A DNA stretch of 63,292 nucleotides, counting the filler, from Thraustochytrium aureum (Eukaryota): assembly GCA_012862495.1 (NCBI GenBank). It is 3 parts of one record of this genome, joined end to end, with 100 filler letters (N's around TTAATTAATTAA, not from the genome) between each part and the next. Parts side by side here need not be neighbours in the genome. Positions count along the whole stretch, not along the records: positions 1 to 18,040 come from BLSG01000335.1; positions 18,141 to 37,985 come from BLSG01000335.1; 1 more part is not named here. One strand, 5' to 3'. Positions 9,901 through 20,591 of this stretch are shown piece after piece. The position numbers and the translations under genes are program-made. Within the stretch, counting starts at the first letter, position 1. Every line of letters begins with the position of its first letter. The notes beneath the pieces were generated by a model that was not told the origin of the DNA, searched no databases, and saw nothing but the letters and a program-made list of their open reading frames with translations.

Positions 9901-12900
9901 TCTCCGCCGGCCCCACTGTCGGCGCTCTTTCGGCGCCCTTGCGAGGCTGCCGCGCCGGCGGTTCCCTGTGGCTCGTTGCCGGGTTCACGATTGCGTTCGG
10001 CTGCCCCTCAAAGTATTTGGACACAGCAGACGGGGGCGTGGAGGAGGAGCTTTGCGAGGCATTCTTCGCCCGGCGGCTTGGCTGCCTCCGGGTGGAGGCA
10101 GCCCGCCTGCTTTCCTCGCTGACGCTAACGCTACACTCGTTGGGCGTGATGCCATCAGCGCCAGGAGACACGTAAAACGCTGCTTCGACCGCTTCTCGGC
10201 GGGCCCCAACGAGTGGGTGGTGGAGGATGGGCATGCTGCAAGGAACGAGAAGGCACGACGCGTCGAAGGCGGGAAGATGAACGTCGTTAACGAAGAAGGC
10301 GAGGGCTTTGCGCTTCTCGCGGATCTCCGCCGCCACGGTCTGGCTTGGATGATGGTGCGGGTCGTCCCATACCCACCTGTAGCCATCGGGCGGGGGGAAA
10401 TCGACCTTGATCTCCTCGGCTGTCCCTACTAGGGCCCTTTGAGTCGCTCGCACGAGCGGGTCGGTGGGCGGCAGGTATTTAGACGACGCTGAGCTGCCTG
10501 GCGACGCGAGCCGCGCTGCCTTCTTCTTTGCTGTTTTGGGAGAGCTCGTCGAAAGGGGCAGAGCGCTAGACGCCGACCCGAGCTTGCGCACCAACAGCGG
10601 ATGCCTGGCAGACTCTCCTGCGATGACGCAGGAAACAGCAACGTTCTCGCCGCTCTCTTCATCCGGCACGAGCACAGTGCGATGGCGCCCGAAGAGCTGC
10701 AGAAAAGCTGTTCGGCTGACTTGCGGCGAGGGGGGCGGCCCTGTGCTGTCTCTAGCCGCTGGCTGGCCGGCTTTGGCGGCAGTTTTAACGTCTGGCGCTC
10801 CATGGACACTAGGCGCTTTAGCGGCTGTGGCCGCAACTCCGCGGGCCCAGGCCCACTCGTCGCGCGTCGCAGCTTGTTCCAGTCCGGCGCGCTGCACTTT
10901 GTGGAGCACAGAGAGCAACGAGCGCTCGTGCGGGGTCAGCTTTACGGTCTCCTCGGCAGTCTCCGCAAGCAAGACGTCCGCGGCGATTTTCGGCTGCCCG
11001 GCGCTGGCGCCGGCTTCCTTTTTCTTGTGCTGACCACCGCCTAGGAACTGCTCCATCCGAAACAGCTCTGCCTCGTCGAGGCCGCCAGCCAGCTCAAGGC
11101 GCACGTTTCGCACGTTGAGCTTTGAGGAGAGACGTGCCTCGAGCCTGGAGAGCGCGCGGATGGAGTGCTGCGCCGCGTTGTGGGGCACGAACGGGAGACT
11201 TGCTTGCACCAGCAAGGGAACTTGATTGGAGAAGCTCGCGTCGACGGCGGCCAGGAGGGTTTCCTGTTCGCTTCTCGTAATTGGAGCGGCGTGGTCGACC
11301 TCAAATGGCCGGGGCGCCGGCGCTGGCGTGAGGCTTTCGAGCTGGGCGGCCTGCGCAGCGTCTCCCGCAAGTTTTCTGTACCTCAGAAGAAGATCGAGGT
11401 CAGCCCCGGGTCCAGGAAGCGGGCTGGCGCTCGAGACGCGCAGAGTATTGCGCAGCTTGGCCAGTCGAATTGAGCCGAGGTCCGCGCCTGGCTCAAGGCT
11501 CATCGCCTCATCGCCGCGCGTTGGCTCCAACGCCAGATTTTCCTCCAAGGCGAGTCGCGTAAACCCGCGCCACGTGCAGATCGGGGTCTCCTTTGCCTGA
11601 AGCGCCAATGCGGTCGCCGTCACGCGAGCCGCCAGATGGCCAGGGAGGCGAAACGCGTGGTCAGCGTAGGCCACCATGGCAAGGCCAAACAGCTGGTCCA
11701 AGCAAAGCGGCCGGTCAGCGGCATCAAGCCCTTCGACCGCCTCCACGTGCGTGTATGGCCCGACGTCGGAGAGGGCCACCGTGAAAAGCTGCCACAGGGT
11801 CTGCGCCGTTGCCGAGCCTGGCGCTTGTAAGAGCATCTCGAGAGCACGCCGGAGCTGGCGCTGCGAGCTAAAGGCGCGCCCTCGCAGGATCGCCTTGTGC
11901 AGGAGGGACAGCGGCAGGTCTACTTGAGCAAGCTTGGCGGTCGGTCGGGGGAAAACCGCTGTTTGCTGCGGCACCAGCGGCAGCCCCGAGTCTGCTCGGC
12001 GGGATTCGCTCGCGCTGGCGGGGCTCACCGCTTCGTCCCTGTGCGAGGCGGAAACAAGTGACTTGCTCACGCATAGAATCGTCGAGTGGTCGCCTGGAGC
12101 CAACCCGGCAACCAGAGCTTGGCCCGGTTGCCCATTGGTTTTCGCTCGAAGCGGGGGCGGCGCGCTGGAGCCCCCTCCGCCTTGCGTGTCACTCGATTTG
12201 TGGAACCCCTCGCGGCCCGCCAGGACTTGAAACACGACCTCGTCGTCGTTTGCTCCGCGCATGGTTTCCTCTGAGAATGTCTCTATTGTGACGCGCAGGT
12301 CGCTGCGCTCGTCGCGGACAGCTACGCAAAACGAGGGCTGGAGAGCCCTGGACTCGATCGTGCGTTGCAAGCTTTCCAGCGAGGACCACGAGACGCGGGA
12401 GCGGATCAAGTTTTCCAGGCAAAGTGGCTTCAGCCCAGCTGGGCTCTCCTCCAGCAGACCAAGTGCCGCCTCCCACTCGCTTGCGCCAGAAAAGGCCTTG
12501 CCCACGAAATGAACGGGCAATATCGGGCTTAGCTGGCCGTCCAGCTCGCGGCGGGCGCCGCAGCTTTCTACGAGGAAGCGCGCAGCGAGTGGGTCTGCGC
12601 GGCGGGCCGCTGCTCGCTTGGCGTCTTCTGCAGAGAGCTGTTCGGCATCGGTGTCTGCGAGCCGCGCTGGGACAGCCGCCCCTTCCTTCTCGAGCCATGA
12701 CCGAATGAACGCCGGACCGTGCTTGGGTCTGATGCCCGAGCTCCTCAGCGACTAGTCTCAAGTCTTCTCCGCGTTCTTCGAGGGCGCAGGCGCGGTCGAT
12801 CTCGGCGCGGCTTGGCACGTCCTGCACAGCTTCCAGCAACCGAATCGCTGGGGCGTGAACTGCGCCGCTCGCCCGAACAAGCAGCACCGAGCCTTTAGCA

Positions 12901-13232
12901 ATACACCGCCGCAAGCCCAGCATCGTCTGGCGGCTCGCGTCGTTCTTTGCAGCGCCGGCGGCCCTCGCCACGCTTGGGCTTTGACCTTGCGCCTCGGTTC
13001 CGCGACGCAGATCGGCCGTGCTAAGGGCGGTGTTGCTGAGGCCCGACAGACACGGGTCGGGCGGGCCGCCCGAGCTTGCTGATCTGCCCTGCCTGCGCGG
13101 TCTTGCGCGTGGCACGCGCCGCTCGNGCCTGGCTTCACGGGCGCCGCTGAGCCAGAAGCCAATTCAGGTTGTGCTCTTCGGCGAGTCGCTCGGTTTCTGC
13201 GAGCGACGCGAAGGCGCAGAGGCACGTCATAC
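6943..13232 (-). CDS. Large SF2 (SNF2/DEAD-like) helicase fused to a C-terminal AlkA/HhH-GPD 3-methyladenine DNA glycosylase; gapped and frameshifted
   Basis: Helicase motifs: Q-like LWDHQ, motif I SSVGAGKT (~9272-9298), Ia LVLLPT, II VIDECL, III LSAT, V GAHGLNLQ, VI EQMKGRIDR. C-terminal glycosylase, same frame as motifs II-VI: SIVFQQIST, GLSARK, HhH LKIKGIGEWSVHMF, DVLPVGD, RPFRS. Frameshifts at ~9200, ~12735 and ~13130; the 5' end is approximate. Confidence 0.8.
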
Positions 13233-13417
13233 TAGGGGTGCCTGTGACGGAGCGGGTCTGCATGCTGTCCTCGTGCGAGACGTGCGCGCCGCTTCGAACG
13301 CTGGCGAAAGTGATCGAGCGCCGATTCGATGTGCGATGAACGCGCGGTCGGGACTCGAGCTTGGCGAGCGCAGTCGGGCCGTTTCGTTTTCGAGGATGCG
13401 GCAAGCGCGGTCAGCCG

Positions 13418-14731
13418 TCAGTCTGATTCCTTATCAAGTGAGAATACGGAGCGGTACGATGCGCCCACGCGCTCGACGTCGTACGGGGCGTGCAGCGCCG
13501 CGTAGATGGCCGACATCCAGAGCGAAGCGAACGCGCACAGCAGGAAGACGTTGTCGTTGAGCGCGGCACCGGCCTCGGTCTCCGGGTCTGCCAGCAGCGC
13601 GACCAGAGGAATCGCTGCCGAGCTTATCGAGCCCTGGATCCCATAGTTGAAGGCAAAGACCGCATTGCGCTTGTCGGCCGGCACGATCTCGCTCAGCATG
13701 GCAGAGTTGGCTGTTGCACACCAAGAGATCAATAGCCCGAACGCGAAGAATGCGACCGCGAGGAGGCCAGCGTTTTCGGGGACGTGCGCGATCCCCTTGA
13801 GGCAGAGCCAGGCCAGAGGGAGCTGCGAGGCCACAGAAAACTGGGCCGTATAGATGTATCCGTGGCCCGGGAAGCGCCGGTTGAGACTGTCGGCAACCGC
13901 GCCGCCAAGTAGTACGCCGAGCGAGCAGCCAACGTTGAAGGCAAGCATGACGACCGCGGCTTGGCTGTCCGCGAATCCAGCAGACTGCAGGATGAGCGTC
14001 AAGTACGCAAAGGCTTTCCATGGCATGCAGCCCACAACGCCTTGCGCAATAATGAACAGAAACGTTTTCTTGAGCAAGACGGTCCGAAGGGAAGCGTAGT
14101 AGTGCCACAGCGACACCTTGGCGTTGGCTCGTTGCGCCGCAGCGGGAGACGAGTCTGTACTTGCGAGAAGCGCAGCACCGAGCAGAATGGAGACCCCGCC
14201 GAAGAAGAAGAACGTGACGCGCCATCCAATCACAAGGCCCGCTGGCGTGCTTATGACTTGCGAGCCGATGAGCGTTGCGATGGATGCGCCAAGGATGCCG
14301 CCTACGTTGCTGCCAAACTGGAGCACGGCAAAGCCGCGTCCGCGGTTGGCGGTGGGCAGTTCGCTAGCGAGTGAGCGCATGGCTGGGATGGCTACGCTCA
14401 GACAGAGCCCTGTGAGCGCCCTGAGGAGCATGATCTGCCCGTATGATTTTGCCGCGGCAATAGCAAGCGTCGCGAAGCCCCAGGACGCGCATGCAGCGCC
14501 CACCGCAAAGAGAAGCGGCACGCGGTCAATGAAGGGAGCGATAAAGGGGCAACATAGCGCCTGGATGAGCGAGCGGCCGAACGTCAGCGAGCCCAGAAGG
14601 GCCACGGACACGCCCAGCGAGTCACCAATCGCGCTGTAGCTCGCGGGCAGGATGGCCTCGTCAGCGTTTTCCACTGCGCTGATCAAGCAGACGAGCACGA
14701 GGACGCGTGTTGGCAGCTCAGAGACGGGCAT
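13418..14731 (-). CDS. MFS transporter (spinster-like)
   Basis: About 12 hydrophobic segments. Motifs ENADEAILPA, LLRALTG, NRGRGFA, QGVVGCMPW, GGAVADSL and SEIVPADKR. Confidence 0.9.
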   Translation of the reverse strand: MPVSELPTRVLVLVCLISAVENADEAILPASYSAIGDSLGVSVALLGSLTFGRSLIQALCCPFIAPFIDRVPLLFAVGAACASWGFATLAIAAAKSYGQIMLLRALTGLCLSVAIPAMRSLASELPTANRGRGFAVLQFGSNVGGILGASIATLIGSQVISTPAGLVIGWRVTFFFFGGVSILLGAALLASTDSSPAAAQRANAKVSLWHYYASLRTVLLKKTFLFIIAQGVVGCMPWKAFAYLTLILQSAGFADSQAAVVMLAFNVGCSLGVLLGGAVADSLNRRFPGHGYIYTAQFSVASQLPLAWLCLKGIAHVPENAGLLAVAFFAFGLLISWCATANSAMLSEIVPADKRNAVFAFNYGIQGSISSAAIPLVALLADPETEAGAALNDNVFLLCAFASLWMSAIYAALHAPYDVERVGASYRSVFSLDKESD

Positions 14732-14844
14732 GGCGTATCCGCGGCCAGTAGACTGATTGCCTGCCTTTGCACAGGCCCCTGCTCGCAGCGTTTCGTAGAC
14801 GTCGCAGCGCCGAGCCGTGAACTCGCCGGCTCGAAACAGGTCTG

Positions 14845-14990
14845 CCTCCCCGTGGAGCCGACCAGTACGCTTGCGCGCCTGCGCAAGCCTCTGCGCGCCA
14901 ACTCGAGCGGCCAGGTCTTCGCGCCTCGAGCCTCCCCGTGGTGGAGCCGACCAGTTCGCTTGCGCGCCAACTCGAACGGCCAGGTCTCCC
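14845..14990 (+). repeat. Imperfect direct repeats between the divergent MFS genes
   Basis: cctccccgtg(gtg)gagccgaccagtwcgcttgcgcgcc at ~14845 and ~14931; tgcgcgccaactcgarcggccaggtct at ~14892 and ~14961. Confidence 0.75.
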
Positions 14991-16287
14991 TTCGCGCCTC
15001 AAATCCGTCAGCGAGCACATCGAACAAGGTTGTCGCTACTGGGCCGGTATATCCAGCACGTACGTTTCGCCCGTGTCCCCTGTGTTCCCCTGCCAGCAAT
15101 GGCAGGTGAGTACCTTCTGCGTCTGCGGTGAGTACCAGTAGGCCAGCGACTCGGTTTCAGCCGTGATGATGAACGCTGGCGCCCGCGTGCGGCCGCTGCC
15201 ACCTCGAGCCGCAGGCGGCAGCTCGCCGGCGCCGAGTTGCTCCCGCCTGATGCAAGCATGCGAACAAAGTCAGCGAGCGACTAACGTGCATACAAGCACA
15301 GTACCCACGCGTACCCTAGCCCTCACCCGTCTCCCCATCTCGTGCCTGCCTTGCTTCCTTGTCCCTGGCGATCGGAGCAGCGCAGGAGGCTGGAAGCAGG
15401 CGAGCGAGCGCACCGGCNNNNNNNNNNNNNNNNNNNNNNNNNNNNNNNNNNNNNNNNNNNNNNNNNNNNNNNNNNNNNNNNNNNNNNNNNNNNNNNNNNN
15501 NNNNNNNNNNNNNNNNNNNNNNNNNNNNNNNNNNNNNNNNNNNNNNNNNNNNNNNNNNNNNNNNNNNNNNNNNNNNNNNNNNNNNNNNNNNNNNNNNNNN
15601 NNNNNNNNNNNNNNNNNNNNNNNNNNNNNNNNNNNNNNNNNNNNNNNNNNNNNNNNNNNNNNNNNNNNNNNNNNNNNNNNNNNNNNNNNNNNNNNNNNNN
15701 NNNNNNNNNNNNNNNNNNNNNNNNNNNNNNNNNNNNNNNNNNNNNNNNNNNNNNNNNNNNNNNNNNNNNNNNNNNNNNNNNNNNNNNNNNNNNNNNNNNN
15801 NNNNNNNNNNNNNNNNNNNNNNNNNNNNNNNNNNNNNNNNNNNNNNNNNNNNNNNNNNNNNNNNNNNNNNNNNNNNNNNNNNNNNNNNNNNNNNNNNNNN
15901 NNNNNNNNNNNNNNNNNNNNNNNNNNNNNNNNNNNNNNNNNNNNNNNNNNNNNNNNNNNNNNNNNNNNNNNNNNNNNNNNNNNNNNNNNNNNNNNNNNNN
16001 NNNNNNNNNNNNNNNNNNNNNNNNNNNNNNNNNNNNNNNNNNNNNNNNNNNNNNNNNNNNNNNNNNNNNNNNNNNNNNNNNNNNNNNNNNNNNNNNNNNN
16101 NNNNNNNNNNNNNNNNNNNNNNNNNNNNNNNNNNNNNNNNNNNNNNNNNNNNNNNNNNNNNNNNNNNNNNNNNNNNNNNNNNNNNNNNNNNNNNNNNNNN
16201 NNNNNNNNNNNNNNNNNNNNNNNNNNNNNNNNNNNNNNNNNNNNNNNNNNNNNNNNNNNNNNNNNNNNNNNNNNNNNNNNNNNNNNN

Positions 16288-16788
16288 GTCTTTGGGATGG
16301 CCCTCGCCCCTCAGGCGCAGGGCGCTGGGTTGTTTCTCTTGGGGCTCGTGATTCCCTGGGTGGGGAGCGGCGCCATCTTCCCAATGCTCACCGAGCTTTC
16401 GCCGCCCGAGGTGGTTGGAACGGTGATGGGCTACCACCTCGCGCTCGAGTCGGTTTTTGCGGTGTTTGCAAGCCCCGCGGTGGGCTACTTGGCCAACTAC
16501 CTCGGCTACGACATCAAGCGCCTGGACGCCTGCAAGCTGTCGACAGCGGCCCGCAACGCTGCTGCGCACGCACACGCTGGGAACGAGACTTGGGTCGCCA
16601 TTGACCATTGTGTGAGCAGCGAGAACCACAGCGCCATCAGTGGCGCCCTGCTTCTCAACACGCTTGTCCCCTGGGCCGGCTGCGCCGTCCTGGTGTGCTT
16701 CCTCCATCGGACGTTTCCGTCAGATCGCTTGCGTCTCACGCATGCTCGCATTTCTGCGGGCGTGAAACCTGTTTCGACAATGCAGTGA
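16288..16788 (+). CDS. C-terminal part of a second MFS (spinster-like) transporter; 5' part lost in gap
   Basis: LFLLGLVIPWVGSGAIFPMLTELSPPEVVGTVMGYHLALESVFAVFASPAVGYLA aligns by eye with the C-half of the 13418..14731 protein. Possible ATG micro-exon at 15099-15105 followed by a GTGAGT donor. Confidence 0.75.
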   Translation, partial: VFGMALAPQAQGAGLFLLGLVIPWVGSGAIFPMLTELSPPEVVGTVMGYHLALESVFAVFASPAVGYLANYLGYDIKRLDACKLSTAARNAAAHAHAGNETWVAIDHCVSSENHSAISGALLLNTLVPWAGCAVLVCFLHRTFPSDRLRLTHARISAGVKPVSTMQ

Positions 16789-18040
16789 GCGCCAGGCCTT
16801 GCTGCATGTGGAGTGTTTGGGTTCCGAGCTTTTTTATGAAAAAGTAAAAGGCCCCAGCGGAAGCGGAGCGCAGGTGCTGCTCTTGCTGTCGTGAGTCGCG
16901 CATCCGCAACATGGACATGGCCTGCTCGCCCCGCCGGCTCGGCCGTGCTCTTACGCGCACATGGCCTCGCAGATTCCGCCCGGAATCCGTCGTGGGTGAA
17001 TGTGGAGTCGTTTCAACCTAACCTACCTATTTGCTTTCTTTCTTCCTCGCTGAGCTCGTGCCTCCGATGAACCCGAAATCGCGGTCCCAAGCGGCTGTTC
17101 ATCCCGTATCGCGAGACCTGCCGGTGGCGGAGTTCTGGGCCTACTCGGCGGTGAGAGACTCGCTTGAGCTCGAGCTTGTCGAGAGAAGAGTAGGAAAGTT
17201 GTTCGAAGCCACTCGTCGCAGACCGGCTGCCCAGCGAGGCACCTTCGTCAGGCTTTTTTCATTAGACTCGGGTGGTTGTGTGTGCGAATCAGTGGAGCCA
17301 GGCGATGAGCTTTCGTCGACCGGCTCCCGCTGGCATGCCTCGATACGCAGCTTAAAGACGTCTGCGCCGCAACGAAACGAACACCCACTGGCAGACAGAG
17401 CTCGTAGGCGATCGCGCAAAGGTTGGCGCTCGCTCGACGAGGTCGTCTCAAGGCTCGGCTCGTCGTCAACAGATACGTTGGCGCCAGCTCTGATGATGAC
17501 GTGTGACGCGCTGAGAAACGAACGGCCGAAACGGTAACATCGAGGCTCGTCACAGGGCGCGCCGATTGGCTGTTGAGCAGCAGCAGAAGCCGTCTTGCGT
17601 TGTCCAACAGCAGCGGCGTTTGCAGCAGCACAAGTGGCAGAAATGGCGGCATTTGCAGCAGCACAAGCAGCACCAACTGCACGATCAGTGCCCGTTGGGA
17701 CGGCCTCGGCTGCCGCAACTCGGCGAGCCACCATTCTCGGCGAGCGCACGCCCCACTCTCGGTTTCGAAGCAAACTTGCTCACAGCGGCACTGCCGAGCT
17801 CGTCCGCCTCCCGGCGCGCCTTCGGGCCGCGCAACTGATCGACCCTCGATTCCATCCAGCGGAAAACTCCATCACCCAGCCATCAACCGCAACCAAACAA
17901 CCCATTGACAGCAAGGGGAGGCTCCCCATCGAAACAAGTCCCCAACACGGAACACCAAGGAACACTGAAACTTGGAGAAATAAAAAGGAAAACAAATGAA
18001 CCAATACATGCACCAAACCTGAACCAACCAAAAACAGGAA

Positions 18041-18140
18041 NNNNNNNNNNNNNNNNNNNNNNNNNNNNNNNNNNNNNNNNNNNNTTAATTAATTAANNNN
18101 NNNNNNNNNNNNNNNNNNNNNNNNNNNNNNNNNNNNNNNN
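18041..18140. other. Artificial 100-nt contig-joining linker (N-TTAATTAATTAA-N)
   Basis: TTAATTAATTAA at 18085-18096 centred in Ns; gives stop codons in all six frames. Confidence 0.95.
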
Positions 18141-18339
18141 GACGGATCTTGGACACGAAACGCCAGTGACAAGCTTGTTGACGATCCATCACCCTCGGAT
18201 CAAAACAGTTGCACCAAGCAGCCTCTTGGTGGCGCAGCCGGAGATAGCATTGGTCAATTGTAAAGGGCATCGAGCCGCACCGCCAACCGGCCACTCGCGC
18301 ACACGCGCCCGAGGTGCGAAAGAGAAGATAGGGCTTATA

Positions 18340-19117
18340 TTAGTTGATCGTCTTAGACCCACGCCTGATCTGGCCCCATCCGATGAGGCGCCAGTGCTTT
18401 TCGACACGGCGCGACAACGCAACCTTCTCGCCCTGCTCGGTGCACACGGGCTGCATGAGCTGCACCTTGGCGAGGTCGCCCTTCATGGCAATAATCTTGC
18501 CACCGGTCGAAGTCGAGCCGATGTTGACGAGGAGGACCTCGTTCTTCTGCAGCTTGGACACCTTGGCGCCCTTGCCGCCCTCGGAGGTCTTGACACCCAG
18601 CAACCGGCGCAAGAGGTAAAAGTTGATCTCCACCTCAGAGTACACGTCCGGGAGCTTGTCGCGGATGCCAAGAACATGGCCCACGAGACGATCTGCGCGC
18701 GTGAGCGTCGGGTCGATCTTGGTTCCCACGCCGATGAGGCCTCCGGGCACGGCGTAGTTGAGGTCGTTGGCCTCAGCGAAGAGCGAGACCACCTTTGAGA
18801 TGATGGGCACGCACTTCATCGAGCCGTCCTGGCCCTTGGTGACGATGCCAGGGCGCACCTCGATCTCGTCGTTGAGCTTGAGGATGCCGCGGAGGATCGA
18901 GCCACCTGCGACACCGCCCTTGAGGTTGTGCGCGTCTTCGCCGGGCTTGTTGACATCGAACGAGCGGATAACGATCATGTGCGCCGTCGAGGTGAAGTCG
19001 CGCGGTGGGACGGGGATGTGCTTGACCATGTATTCGCAGATCACGTCGATGTTGTATTTCAGCACGGCGGAGATGGGGATGATCGGCGCCTGGTCTGCCA
19101 CGGTGCCGGCTACAAAC
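18340..19117 (-). CDS. EIF2S3: Translation initiation factor eIF2 gamma subunit, last exon
   Basis: [70 protein letters not shown]. Intron acceptor CAG at 19120-19118 with branch CTGACTAAC at 19160-19152. Upstream exons are probably in the gap. Confidence 0.97.
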
Positions 19118-20071
19118 CTGTTTGCGAAATCGCAGCAAAAGTGTTGGTTCGGTTAGTCAGTTGCGCATGCAGAGCAAGCGAACGCCTCCCTGCGGCCGCA
19201 AACCTCGATGCCCGCCGCCCCACCGCTTCCGCCTGCCCCGAGCATTCCGAGAAAATAAAATGTGCGCCCCGCTAGCGTCACGCACAACCCCCGCTTTGGG
19301 GGTTAGATTGGGCCCAGTGGGATGGCCGAGCGCGAGCTAGCGGTGCGGACCGCGCGTCCTTTTGGCTGGGTGAAATGGCAAACCAGCGTCATACGAGCCG
19401 AAGCTCACTCATGCTGGGCCTTGGATTATCCGCCGTTGTCTCCCCCTCTCCTCTCCCCTCCCACACNNNNNNNNNNNNNNNNNNNNNNNNNNNNNNNNNN
19501 NNNNNNNNNNNNNNNNNNNNNNNNNNNNNNNNNNNNNNNNNNNNNNNNNNNNNNNNNNNNNNNNNNNNNNNNNNNNNNNNNNNNNNNNNNNNNNNNNNNN
19601 NNNNNNNNNNNNNNNNNNNNNNNNNNNNNNNNNNNNNNNNNNNNNNNNNNNNNNNNNNNNNNNNNNNNNNNNNNNNNNNNNNNNNNNNNNNNNNNNNNNN
19701 NNNNNNNNNNNNNNNNNNNNNNNNNNNNNNNNNNNNNNNNNNNNNNNNNNNNNNNNNNNNNNNNNNNNNNNNNNNNNNNNNNNNNNNNNNNNNNNNNNNN
19801 NNNNNNNNNNNNNNNNNNNNNNNNNNNNNNNNNNNNNNNNNNNNNNNNNNNNNNNNNNNNNNNNNNNNNNNNNNNNNNNNNNNNNNNNNNNNNNNNNNNN
19901 NNNNNNNNNNNNNNNNNNNNNNNNNNNNNNNNNNNNNNNNNNNNNNNNNNNNNNNNNNNNNNNNNNNNNNNNNNNNNNNNNNNNNNNNNNNNNNNNNNNN
20001 NNNNNNNNNNNNNNNNNNNNNNNNNNNNNNNNNNNNNNNNNNNNNNNNNNNNNNNNNNNNNNNNNNNNNNN

Positions 20072-20130
20072 GCGTGCGTGCGTGCGCGGCCTGCCTGTCA
20101 CTCTGCTGCTGCTGCTGCTGCTGCTGCTGC
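20072..20130 (+). repeat. (GCGT)n and (GCT)n microsatellites
   Basis: Directly visible beside the gap. Confidence 0.7.
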
Positions 20131-20591
20131 ACTTTCTTCGTGTTCGCTCCTCTGCTTTCGTATCCTCCAACCACACAATCCTAACCCTAACCGACCAGGT
20201 TAGACGCCCGCCCGACGCCTTGCTGACGCAGCAGGACGTGCAGTGACGGGACGGACGCGTGGAGCGACGATTGAAATGCGTCACGATAGGGGGCTCTGCG
20301 TCATTGCGGGCGCGGAACGTGGAGCCGAGCACGGTGGCGTTTGTTTTCGTCCGGCGCGGTCGGAAGCGTCGTGGTCATACCGGTACTCCTACATCAGGAG
20401 ATCCAGCTGAGGGCACTGTGCGAGACCCCCCCGCGGTCGTGAAATTTACAGGTCCCGTGCGCTGCGCTTTGCAGTCTCTGCGGTCGAGGGAAACCACCTG
20501 TACTGAAAACCGCAATAAACAAGGGCCACTCGATCGAGGCACAGGACGTTGATGGAGGCCTCAGGTCCAACTCGGGTTATCTAGGAAAGAG

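Noticed and set aside
15163..16788. Very long ORFs spanning N runs (also 23496..27278, 30300..31709, 39218..40978)
   Set aside because: Length is an artefact of Ns being read through as X.
17031..17773. Overlapping ORFs on both strands
   Set aside because: No recognisable motifs and strand cannot be decided.
18085..18096. TTAATTAATTAA palindrome, also at 38030-38041
   Set aside because: Centred in exactly 100-nt N blocks; an assembly linker, not biology. Adjacency across these points is uncertain.
20181..20192. CTAACCCTAACC telomere-like sequence
   Set aside because: Only two units; expected by chance.
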